From assembly GCA_037142195.1 (NCBI GenBank), contig JBAXBA010000002.1, positions 1-64,000 of the forward strand: DNA of 64,000 bases, given 5' to 3'. Both the position numbers and the translations under genes were made by a program. Of this stretch, positions 30,527 to 39,400 are shown in pieces (the first letter of the stretch is position 1; each line of letters starts with the position of its first letter). The stretch is from Pseudomonadota bacterium. Lineage in GTDB: Bacteria > Bdellovibrionota_B > Oligoflexia > Oligoflexales > CAIMVM01. Under the pieces are notes generated by a model. The model was given only the letters and a program-made list of their open reading frames with translations, ran no database searches and was not told the origin of the DNA.

Positions 30527-31815
30527 GCCAATGCACCCTCGACTGTTTTAGTCTCGTCTTCATCAAGTTGTTCGCGTAGTTCAGGGTTTTCTATTATCAT
30601 AAGTGCAATTTCCCTCTCCTTGGATATCTGTTTTGACTCACCATATAGCCTAGTCAGCTCGATAAGTGGACTTAAAGCTAAATTGTCAGCTTTTGCAGAT
30701 GCTAGAAATGACCGTTCAGCAGCGCCCAGGTCTCCTAAGTTTTTTTCACATTGCCCCTGTAGATGTAAGTTCATGGCCGTGGCAGGAGGACCTAATGATG
30801 CTGCTTGTTTAAAATGAACGAGTGCTTTTTCGTGATTTTTTATTTTGCAAAAATGCAAACCTAATTCGCTATGGGACGTTGAGTCATAGGGATCCAAATG
30901 AGACATTTGTGAAAAGGCTGCGACCGCTTGATCTGTATCATTACGTGAGAGGTAGAGCTTAGCAAATGATTGCCACAAAGTGGCTTGTAACTCATCTCGA
31001 AGTGTGGACCAAGGTTTATTCTCAGTGTTGATCATTTGAGAGGCTTGTAGAGCACGATCCATTAACTTTAGGACTGAGTCGTACGACAATCCTGGTGTCA
31101 TGGCAAGACCCCTTAAAGCTGTCGACCACTTGAGGGCTTGCCCCCAATCTTTTGGCGAAAATTTGAGCCAACTGTCGAGATTGGAAAGAATCGCAGCTGC
31201 GTGTTTACGAGCGTGAATCTGGCCGCGTTCGAATCGGGATGACACGACTACAATGCGTGCTATAAGCGAAATATGTTCGAGCAGTAAGGCATTATCAACG
31301 GTGGAAGCCATCTCGGCAAGATTTTCAAGTTTGCTAAACGAAGCTGAAATGCCAAGATCTAAATCTAGTATTTGGAAAAGAAGTGCTCGTTGGCTTTCGT
31401 ATTTGAAGAATATAGTTGAACTTGCATCTGTGGACTTAAAAGCTCGAATTTCTTCTATAAGTCCATATCGAGCAAGCACAGCCATCAAAGGAATTAGAAC
31501 GGAATCTACGTGATAAGAGTCACAAGGTAAATGTGCTACAGATGATGCAGCATCCGCCAGTCGCTTTCGAAATGACTTTAGTTCGGTGGCAGCTTCCGCA
31601 TTTTCTAATCGATCTATTTCGTGAAAAAATTCCGGGTTTGGAATTCTTTGGGGAAATGAAATGTCTTTTGCGCGCCCAGCAAGTAATCCCTCGATTCCAT
31701 TTACGTGAGACCAAAACCAGGCAAAGAACTCGGAATTCCGAGTGGAATAGGAGCTCGAATATCCGCAATATCCAGGCGTAATATTTGAAAAATTCGCATT
31801 TATTAAAGGCAACAA
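30523..31815 (-). CDS. tetratricopeptide-repeat protein with uncharacterised N-terminal half
   Basis: C-terminal TPR-like repeats (AVAAFSQMSHLDPYDSTSHSELGLHF, ALVHFKQAASLGP); TTG start after GGAGAG; ATGA overlap with the SBP gene. Confidence 0.78.
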   Translation of the reverse strand: MLPLINANFSNITPGYCGYSSSYSTRNSEFFAWFWSHVNGIEGLLAGRAKDISFPQRIPNPEFFHEIDRLENAEAATELKSFRKRLADAASSVAHLPCDSYHVDSVLIPLMAVLARYGLIEEIRAFKSTDASSTIFFKYESQRALLFQILDLDLGISASFSKLENLAEMASTVDNALLLEHISLIARIVVVSSRFERGQIHARKHAAAILSNLDSWLKFSPKDWGQALKWSTALRGLAMTPGLSYDSVLKLMDRALQASQMINTENKPWSTLRDELQATLWQSFAKLYLSRNDTDQAVAAFSQMSHLDPYDSTSHSELGLHFCKIKNHEKALVHFKQAASLGPPATAMNLHLQGQCEKNLGDLGAAERSFLASAKADNLALSPLIELTRLYGESKQISKEREIALMIIENPELREQLDEDETKTVEGALA

Positions 31816-31864
31816 ATACTCTCCATTTAGTCTTCAGTCTATGAGAGGAATTTTGGGTTCAGGA

Positions 31865-31884
31865 AGGGGGACTGTAGTCCCCCT
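31865..31884 (-). terminator. GC-rich hairpin between the small ORF and the TPR gene (attenuator or stability hairpin)
   Basis: AGGGGGAC-TACA-GTCCCCCT on the minus strand; no long U-tract, so read-through is plausible. Confidence 0.55.
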
Positions 31885-31918
31885 CTTGGCTATTGCCATG
31901 CTCCTACCGGTATTACTT

Positions 31919-31969
31919 TTAAGTACCTGCGTAGTTTGCGCCGGCAGCTTTCCGTTTAGACTTAAACAT
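31919..31969 (-). CDS. candidate 16-aa peptide MFKSKRKAAGANYAGT (not in the ORF track)
   Basis: SD AAGGAG (31982-31977) 7 nt before ATG 31969; ends TAA AAG TAA. In-frame upstream ATGs at 31975 and 32017 lack a well-spaced SD. Confidence 0.55.
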   Translation of the reverse strand: MFKSKRKAAGANYAGT

Positions 31970-32107
31970 TATCATTCTCCTTTCTGTTTTCCCATTGTTT
32001 GACTTGAGGTCTTTCATGCACTGAGCTGGTGTTTCGCTGGCCCATAAATTGAGGCCTTTGAAAGCTGAGTACTTTGAAAAACCGCAAAAACTCACAACGA
32101 TCCAAAG

Positions 32108-32122
32108 GCAATCTCCGTGCCA
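32108..32122 (-). promoter_or_regulatory. sigma-54 (-24/-12) promoter
   Basis: TGGCACG-GAGA-TTGC on the minus strand, matching the consensus TGGCACG-N4-TTGC and pointing into the peptide/TPR operon. Confidence 0.72.
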
Positions 32123-32229
32123 CTAGTTTTTTCACTGGCAACCCCTCGAAACCACGTCCAAACCTAGTATAGCGGGTGCTCCAAAACTCTAAATTCGTCC
32201 CGGCCGTGGTACAAAATCTTTTCATTTGC

Positions 32230-32472
32230 CTAGAATATGGGCAAAAGTGGTAAATAAATGGACCCACAGGGATAAGCGAGGCCATCAAAGACTAGGCGAT
32301 CCGATATGTCTTTCGGAGAATCCTCAAGCAAGGCCTTTAAAACTCCAAACACGGCGTAATCTTTCCATACTATTTCACTGGAAATCCCCAGCGCATCTGC
32401 AGTATTCAAAGTGGCATCATGGATTTTTTCATCTAAAAAGAGTGAGCCAAAGTTGGACATTAGGGACTCCAT
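32230..32472 (-). pseudogene. truncated AbiEii toxin
   Basis: TADALGISSEIVWKDYAV...RLVF then diverges (DGLAY) where KGGTSL is expected. Confidence 0.75.
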
Positions 32473-32487
32473 CCGGAAGATATTTGG

Positions 32488-33150
32488 TCAATTCAAATGA
32501 AAAACAAATTCCAGATTCCTAATGGCTTTCCGCCCCTTCTGACCACCAAGACGTGTACATATATCGCGCAAGCAACTTCGACTTATGAAGTTGATTTTAA
32601 GGAAGCGCTTAAAGCCAAGAGCTACCTCAGCACTCGATTCATTGCCTATTTTGTCAAGAGAGACGAGTGCTAGATATGACTTGAGCTCGCTATCGCTTAA
32701 ATCCTGGTACTTCTCCATTGGCACCGTAACAACCTTCAAGGCTTTCGAATTTCCAGGAAAACGCACGGGAGCTATAAATGATTTCTGTACTGGAACTTGG
32801 GTGGTTAAAGCCATCTCATAGAAAAGCGTTGCTCCCACGGGTATCAATCGGTTGATTCGAATACGCTCATTCCCAAACGATGCTTGATCACGGGCCCGCT
32901 TCTCCAAAAGAAGCTTTTGCAAAACCGCCTCATCCGAAGCACGACTTGGGCCTACCAACGTCTCCTTAGGAAGGTAATACATTCCCCTGGAGTAGCGCTT
33001 GATCTTCGACTGAGCCTCCAAGCGGGAAAGTGCCCGCTGCACTGTGCCTGCTGAAAAGCGAGGAATCGCCACATCCCTCCAGCTGAAAACTGACCCTGAT
33101 TTAAATTCTCTTATTTTATTGAGGACTTGACGAGAACACAAACCGCGCAT
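32488..33150 (-). CDS. DUF6088-like AbiEi antitoxin
   Basis: TVQRALSRLEAQSKIKRYSRGMYYLPK, LTTQVP. Confidence 0.8.
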   Translation of the reverse strand: MRGLCSRQVLNKIREFKSGSVFSWRDVAIPRFSAGTVQRALSRLEAQSKIKRYSRGMYYLPKETLVGPSRASDEAVLQKLLLEKRARDQASFGNERIRINRLIPVGATLFYEMALTTQVPVQKSFIAPVRFPGNSKALKVVTVPMEKYQDLSDSELKSYLALVSLDKIGNESSAEVALGFKRFLKINFISRSCLRDICTRLGGQKGRKAIRNLEFVFHLN

Positions 33151-33437
33151 GTTAAATTCCCCTATACTCTTATATATCCGAATAGTTACTATCGGTTTTG
33201 TCTAAAAATAATTTAATTAGATTCAGTCAAAAAGTGAGATAATATATTATTTTTATTGATTTATTAGTCTCGTTCAAAAGAGAGAACGTTGTTCCAGATA
33301 ACTGGTTAATTATTTAGGGGCAATACTTCAGAGCCAACAAATACATCACACCAGAATCTAAGCAGTCCGGCTATGGGGCGCCACTGAAAGAAAGTTTTTC
33401 AACTAAGCGCGAACTCGAAAATGAGCTTCGTCTCCGG

Positions 33438-33506
33438 CTTGTGCATTCTTGTGCAATTGGCCTTGCCTTGTGCATTCTTGTGCATTATGATCTCCCTTGT
33501 GCAATT
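33438..33506. repeat. 29-bp period tandem (about 2.4 units) upstream of the second Schlafen gene
   Basis: CTTGTGCATTCTTGTGCAATTGGCCTTGC / CTTGTGCATTCTTGTGCATTATGATCTCC / CTTGTGCAATT. Confidence 0.85.
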
Positions 33507-33551
33507 AGCAGTGACGAATTTCTAGAAGGGCATACTGGAAAGGAATCTTCG

Positions 33552-34901
33552 ATGTTTGGAAAAGAGATGCTTGGAAAAGAGATGCTTGACCGAGAGTCAA
33601 AAACACTGGAGTACAAGCGGGAATTACCCTCGAATCTGGCGGGCATAATTAAGACATGCGTCGCATTTTCTAATACTGCCGGCGGCCGCATTGTTCTAGG
33701 GGTTGAAGATGAAAACCGGAGTGTGATTGGCCTGACCGATAGGGAGATGGAAAAGGCGCTCGAGATCTTAGCTTCAGCTATTTACGAGGCAGTAACGCCA
33801 GCTGTTGTAGCCGAGGTGTTTAACCTGACCATTGATGAAAAGCATCTGATCATTGTTGACGTCGCTCGGGGCAGCAGTCCTCCTTATTTTGTCAAACGGC
33901 TTGGATCGACGAAAGGTGTTTTTGTTCGAGTAGGACCAACAACTCGACCCGCCTCACTGGAACACATTCACGAGTTAATGAGTTTTCGAAGTCGATACTC
34001 TTTTGATGAGGAATCCCTCCAGGGCTCAATGGATGAAATTGATGCAGGACTCATAGAGCAGGCATATGGCCGTTCTCCAAGTCGTGAGCTCTTGATGTCG
34101 GAAAAGGTGTTGTTAAAATCCGTTCAGAATCAGCCCGCCTTGTCGCTGGCAGCCATGGTCGCTTTCGGAAAACGACCTGACAGACAAATCCCGGAAGCGG
34201 CGGTTATCTGCACGCGATTTCAAGGAACATCGGGACGAGACATTATCGAGTCCAGCGAGATCCACGGGCCAATCTCCGATTTGACATCGCGTGTACTCGA
34301 TTTTCTTCAGCGGCATTTGGAAAGAAACTTTAAATTGCGCGGCGCAAAGCTCAGCGGAATGGAATTGATACCTTTAGCCGCTTTACGCGAGGCGGTTGTC
34401 AACGCATTGATTCATCGAAAATACAATGTTCCCTCTCCTGTTAAGGTGGCAGTCTTTGACAATCGTGTAGAGATTTTTAGCCCGGGAGGACTTCCAGGCC
34501 TGATCACGTTAAAGCAGCTGGGTGACGGGAGCAGCCATTTGCGCAACCCTCTTCTTGCAAAGTTCGCAAGACGCCTCAGGATCATGGAAAAACTTGGCTC
34601 CGGAGTTCGCGTGATGCTTGAAGAGTGTCAAAAACGGGGCATCGTGCCGCCCGAGTTTTTTGAAGATGGCGATTACGTAAAAGTTGTGTTCGGCACCGAG
34701 CGGAGTCAGCAAAACGCCCATGAGCTATCAAGCGTTATCGCGGACTTGTTCCTAAGGCAGCAAATAGTTCGAGTGAGCGAAATCTCAAAATGTGTAAAGG
34801 TATCTCGAAATACAATTACCAATGCTCTAAATCGGTTGCTCGAGGAGGGCAAGATATCAAGGCATGGCAAAGGCGCGGGCACCTACTACACGCGAACGTG
34901 A
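33552..34901 (+). CDS. Schlafen/AlbA_2 - HATPase/RecG C-terminal - wHTH protein (intact)
   Basis: ESKTLEYKR, AFSNTAGGRIVLGVED, ALREAVVNALIHRKY, MEKLGSG, C-terminal wHTH. Start is 33552, 33567 or 33582 (15-bp tandem). Confidence 0.88.
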   Translation: MFGKEMLGKEMLDRESKTLEYKRELPSNLAGIIKTCVAFSNTAGGRIVLGVEDENRSVIGLTDREMEKALEILASAIYEAVTPAVVAEVFNLTIDEKHLIIVDVARGSSPPYFVKRLGSTKGVFVRVGPTTRPASLEHIHELMSFRSRYSFDEESLQGSMDEIDAGLIEQAYGRSPSRELLMSEKVLLKSVQNQPALSLAAMVAFGKRPDRQIPEAAVICTRFQGTSGRDIIESSEIHGPISDLTSRVLDFLQRHLERNFKLRGAKLSGMELIPLAALREAVVNALIHRKYNVPSPVKVAVFDNRVEIFSPGGLPGLITLKQLGDGSSHLRNPLLAKFARRLRIMEKLGSGVRVMLEECQKRGIVPPEFFEDGDYVKVVFGTERSQQNAHELSSVIADLFLRQQIVRVSEISKCVKVSRNTITNALNRLLEEGKISRHGKGAGTYYTRT

Positions 34902-35064
34902 CGGTAATGGTGCCAGCTGCCAAAAAAATCTCGCCTTGCAATCGCGTATATCATGGGCGAACAAGTAATCTTTAGCGACTTCTGAAACGACATGACGTTT
35001 CCGGCTGCTTTTAGAAAGTGGGGAAATGGCGACACGCCTAAAGGGATTATTAAGATAATATGAG

Positions 35065-35502
35065 GTGAAAAATATGATACGAAGTGAAACAGAATATCAA
35101 AAAGCTATTGGGCGAGTTAAGAATGAAAAAGAACTCATTGAAAAAGCCAAAAAAAATCTAAAAAACAAAGGGTTAAAATCAAAAGAAATAGAGAGAGCTT
35201 TAAACCCCTTGCTGTCTTTCACAGCGCAGTTAGAAGAAGAAATAGAAACCTACGAAAAAATTAAAAGAGGTGATTTCGAAACCATTGAAAACTTCGATGG
35301 ATTAGGTCGATCTTTGATTGCCTTACGTATAAACAAAAATATGTCCCAAAAAGATCTGGCGGATAAACTAAAAATTGCAGAGTCGCAGATTTCTCGTTAT
35401 GAAAAGAATGAGTACCGAGGCATTTCCATGGAACGAGTCAACGAAATATTAAACGCTCTTCATGCAAAAGCGGTTACAAAATTTGAAATTCTTGTGGCTT
35501 GA
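35065..35502 (+). CDS. XRE-family HTH protein, HigA-like orphan antitoxin/regulator
   Basis: MIRSETEYQKA N-terminus; LIALRINKNMSQKDLADKL...ISRYEKNEY. Confidence 0.8.
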   Translation: MKNMIRSETEYQKAIGRVKNEKELIEKAKKNLKNKGLKSKEIERALNPLLSFTAQLEEEIETYEKIKRGDFETIENFDGLGRSLIALRINKNMSQKDLADKLKIAESQISRYEKNEYRGISMERVNEILNALHAKAVTKFEILVA

Positions 35503-35702
35503 AATGGGGCGCGGGAATTCACCGGGACGCTTTAGATCAGAATATTTTTGTTGATTCCACTATTTATGTTCCTATAGCTGCCTGAAGATGTGCTGGTTGC
35601 GGCACTGCAGAAGCTGTGTATGCCACCAAGGTGATAGATACGCAAGTTTCCAAGTTCACTGGTTAGAGCCAGCCTTGCCTTTTTAAGTCCATTGGCACCT
35701 GT

Positions 35703-36080
35703 TCAAATCATTTGCTTGTCTTGTTTTGCTAACTTAGTTTCGATAGTGGAACTTAATATCCCGCTTGCAGATTGGTCTAAGGACTTTTCTGGGAAAGAGT
35801 CCAGGTCCTCTCCATCCATCGCTGGCATCATCAGAAATTCTGACTCGGTAAGCGCCGAGCCAATAATAAGTGTATCGAAGAACTCTCCGCCAAAAATCTC
35901 TTGGTTTTTGCTAACCATGTAGTGCATTCTCTGGGCTCGGGACATCCCCTGAAAGGAAGAGGATGTGACTATAAATTCGACGCCTGTCGGAAGCCTGTCT
36001 CTCAAGATACGGACTTGAGCATCGGAAAAGTCCTGAGAAAAACCCATTTTTATTCGTTCCAATAGTTTAATTCTATCCAT
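35703..36080 (-). CDS. HEPN partner: MNT-like/BolA-like small protein lacking the GS-x10-DxD motif
   Basis: VEFIVTSSSFQGMSRAQRM...ALTESEF; overlaps the HEPN 3' end; likely start ATG 36080. Confidence 0.6.
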   Translation of the reverse strand: MDRIKLLERIKMGFSQDFSDAQVRILRDRLPTGVEFIVTSSSFQGMSRAQRMHYMVSKNQEIFGGEFFDTLIIGSALTESEFLMMPAMDGEDLDSFPEKSLDQSASGILSSTIETKLAKQDKQMI

Positions 36081-36460
36081 TTCAACAACCATTCCGATGA
36101 GTTACAGTATTTGTCAGCTAATGCCCTATCGGCATCTCCATAATATCTATCCCTTGGGGCCCAAACATTAGCATCCCCAGCAATTTCTACCAGCAATTTA
36201 TAGGCCAAGACATCTTGAACAAAGAGGCTCTGAAGAAATCCGTTCCGCTTCTGAAGCAGATCCATAATTCTATGCCCCCAAAATTCGCTATCTTCGGCAT
36301 CTGGGAAGGTCTGAAATAAAAGAGATTTTAGTGCCAGTTCGATTGCAAAAAAAGCATTTTCTACCGAATTATTAAAATGCATGTTCTTATTGGAAAGAAT
36401 GGCTCCCGCCAACTTTTCTTTTGCATTTCTACTTAATTTCTCCCATTTTTTGACTTCCAC
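36050..36460 (-). CDS. HEPN domain protein
   Basis: AIELALKSLL, GHRIMDLL, RY motif and helical layout typical of HEPN. Confidence 0.78.
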   Translation of the reverse strand: MEVKKWEKLSRNAKEKLAGAILSNKNMHFNNSVENAFFAIELALKSLLFQTFPDAEDSEFWGHRIMDLLQKRNGFLQSLFVQDVLAYKLLVEIAGDANVWAPRDRYYGDADRALADKYCNSSEWLLKWIELNYWNE

Positions 36461-37532
36461 CCCCTATTTCCTCCAGCGCCGTCGACTTCGATGCAAAATT
36501 TATATCCTGCTTCTCCTCAGATAGACTTCTGAATCAGGACTCCAAGCCGTTTCAACTCGATTTAAAGCAAACACAAGTACTACTGAGAAAAGCTTTCCAA
36601 ATACCAACTCTCCTGATCTCCTTGTGCCGATCGACTTTACGCAAATGGTCGATACCAGCCCTTTTATTCCTTAAATGCCAGTGGGTATCAAAAAGGAGCT
36701 TCTTCAAGGAAAAAACCCCAATTTCTAGCCCATCTATAAATAGAGGCTTAGACGCCACAAGACCGGTCTACGCAATTTTACAGGTTATGCGCCCACAGGA
36801 ATTTACTAAGATAGAGCCGTGTGAGAAATTAATCTAAGTCACCATAAAAGCCACAGTTAAAATAGGTTCGCTGGTAGAACGGGTAGATTGATATAGCCCT
36901 ATGATCTTGGAAGAAGTCCTCATCGTGGCAGTTCATCAGATCCTAAGCAGACTAGTTCGAAATGGTTTTTTTCTGCTTCTTGAAGAGCCTTTGACGACTC
37001 CAAACTCTTTTTTATTTTGGTTGCACTAGATTCTTACGCCTCTCAAGTCGCATGCTGTTGCTTGTCCAATACTCAGTGACAGATTTGATGTAGCCATCTC
37101 GATCAATCTCAAAAAATGAAACTACAAAAAGATCTCGCGCATTGCCGTAATGCTTTATTGGCTCGAAAAAAAATTTAAAAATTTTGCAAATACCTTATCC
37201 CATTGATCATAGTCATAAATACTATTTTGAATTCGAATATTGTAGTCACTAATATGGCGATGACCTCCTTCAATGAAATTATCGGCTCCTACGATAATCT
37301 CTTCTGATTGGGGCCAGTATGCTTAAAAATCTTCAGAAAGGCTTGCTCCGAAATATGCAATTAGCCATTAAGGCTAAATCAACGGTCGTTAATTTTGGAT
37401 TCCTAATAATTGATTCCAATGCCATTTTCTGAGACGTATTCAGCATGTATTTATATTTTTCTCTGATCTTTTCTCTGACTTTGAGTTCGAGTCAGTCGGA
37501 TAACTGGTAACCAATACAATCCTCATTTTTTA

Positions 37533-38681
37533 TTAAGATCCCAACTCACCATTCCAGAGGGCCTGTACAAACTCTCGCCATGGCCAGACTTCAATCCCAT
37601 CGTCAAGACGTCGTCTAGAGCTATCAAGACTCACGATGATGCGCCTTTTACAATGGGGATAGTCTTGATAGAGAGCACGGAGACCGCCAAGATGATTGCT
37701 ATTCACACTTTTTGTTGCCTTTGCTTCAATTGCCAACTCCATGTCATTGACAATGAAGTCTACTTCGGGACCATTGGCCACGGACCAAAAGCTCATGTCC
37801 CAAAAGCATCCGCGATACTCGTTGTAGCAACATAGCTCATGAAAAATCCAGTTTTCAAATGCTTTACCAAAAAGCTCCGATTGAGGTTCCAGTGATCGAC
37901 GCTTTCCCAGAAAATTTACAACTCCAACATCATGGAAGTAAAACTTAGGTAACATGCGTTGTCTTCTCTTCGGCCTCAAAGTATAGGCATTCAGCCAACT
38001 CCCAAGTAAAGTGTCCTCCAGTATTTGATAGTGATCACGAATCGTCTGACTGGCGACCCCTACATCGCGAGCGAAGGTTGACATATTCACAGATTCCGTG
38101 TCTGATAAAGCGGCCATGCGCAAGAACTCGCTAAAAGCAGGAATGCTGCGTACGGCAGACTCAGCGGCAATTTCTTCCTTAAGATAATTGCCACAGTAGC
38201 TTGCTAAGTCAGGCCAGACATCCTGACTCGAATAGTGAGGCGGCAAATAGCCTTGGTTGAGTGCTCTTACTAAGTTAAACTCGGGACCTACTTCAGCAGC
38301 AGATAGTCCATAAATTTGTCGGCGGTGCGCTCGTCCTCCTAGAAGATTGGCGTGTGTTCGTTTTACCTTCCGCGCGCTAGATCCGCTCAATGCGAAATGG
38401 ATCCTATGGTTCTCTATGAGATAATGTACTTCATCTAATAACTCAGGTACTTTTTGAATCTCATCGATGACCACCCAAGACGGTTTGGATTCGGAGATTT
38501 CTTCTCGCAAAAGATGAGGCATAGCCGCATACTTCCCGAAAACATCAGATTTGAGCAAATCTATCCAAACTCCGTCGGGAAATTGATCCCGCAGCAAAGT
38601 AGTCTTGCCAGTCTGACGAGGCCCCCAAAGAAAAAAAGATTTTTGACTATTATTCAATAAAAGCAGACGTTTATAACTCAC
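37533..38681 (-). CDS. AAA_14 + DUF4143 ATPase
   Basis: GPRQTGKT, VIDEIQK, LSGSSARK, KFYFHDVG, EVDF...IEAKA. Confidence 0.9.
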   Translation of the reverse strand: MSYKRLLLLNNSQKSFFLWGPRQTGKTTLLRDQFPDGVWIDLLKSDVFGKYAAMPHLLREEISESKPSWVVIDEIQKVPELLDEVHYLIENHRIHFALSGSSARKVKRTHANLLGGRAHRRQIYGLSAAEVGPEFNLVRALNQGYLPPHYSSQDVWPDLASYCGNYLKEEIAAESAVRSIPAFSEFLRMAALSDTESVNMSTFARDVGVASQTIRDHYQILEDTLLGSWLNAYTLRPKRRQRMLPKFYFHDVGVVNFLGKRRSLEPQSELFGKAFENWIFHELCCYNEYRGCFWDMSFWSVANGPEVDFIVNDMELAIEAKATKSVNSNHLGGLRALYQDYPHCKRRIIVSLDSSRRRLDDGIEVWPWREFVQALWNGELGS

Positions 38682-38888
38682 AATACCTCCACTTGAAAAT
38701 TACATGTATATTTCAGGCACTAGTTATTATATAGACAACCGGTTTCAAATACTAGACTTTTTCCACCATGTGCCCTTATTTTAAACAGTTGTGATTTCTG
38801 CAGCAACTTTTACTTTATGACCTTCGTAGGCTCTTGGTTTCTTTTCGTTTATGAAGCTGCCAAGTAATGAACTTAACGTTAGCTGAAC

Positions 38889-39080
38889 AACCCATGCCCT
38901 CTATAATTTGGATCCAAATTCGAAGTCTTCACACTTCGGGGGTTAGTCTATAGCACCCATGATTTTTTTGACGACTCTAAAACCATCTTTTTTGTATCCC
39001 AGAAACCATCTCTTCAAAAACAGGTAAAATATTTATGAAGGTATGGCACTTGTAGGAATATCGTGAAATCCCCCAGCTAA
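38889..39080 (+). repeat. degenerate repeat R copy 5
   Basis: tctataatttggatccaaattcgaagtcttc...tagtctatagcacccatgattttt...ggtaaaatatttatg...atggcacttgtaggaat, shared with 41744-41910. Confidence 0.88.
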
Positions 39081-39400
39081 AGATGCAGCAAGTATTTTTT
39101 TAATACTACGGCCCCAGGACGCTATCATTCCAACTAAAGAAAGGCGTTGGCCATCTTTGGTTAAATGGCCGAGACTGGTGTTTGATTAACAGCTTTCCCA
39201 CTGTCAAGTGGTCAGGCCATACGCCAGGATTCCAAACTTAGTTTTATCTTCATATAGCTCACTTGAATGGGTGCAGCATTACATTAGTCCTTATGGGTGA
39301 CCGCGTTTAAAAGGGCCTCACGAAGAGCTTGATCAGGAACAGACGAGGAGGGATTCATGTCTTCCCCGCGTTTACCTCAAAACTCAAAATTAACTTTTAG

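Noticed and set aside
31834..31899. Alternative 21-aa ORF MAIAKRGTTVPLPEPKIPLID as the precursor
   Set aside because: The AGGAG is only 1 nt from the ATG and the ORF runs through the hairpin, so it is less plausible than the 16-aa ORF, though not excluded.
31962..32288. 108-aa ORF upstream of the peptide operon
   Set aside because: It starts at the AbiEii break, has no SD or motif, and runs across the sigma-54 promoter and the SD of the small ORF; likely spurious.
18442..33506. 29-bp repeats as a CRISPR array
   Set aside because: The units are directly adjacent with no unique spacers, there are only 2-3 copies, and no cas genes are present.
33551..33588. 15-bp tandem giving three alternative ATGs for the Schlafen gene
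   Set aside because: An in-frame slippage duplication with no evident functional consequence.
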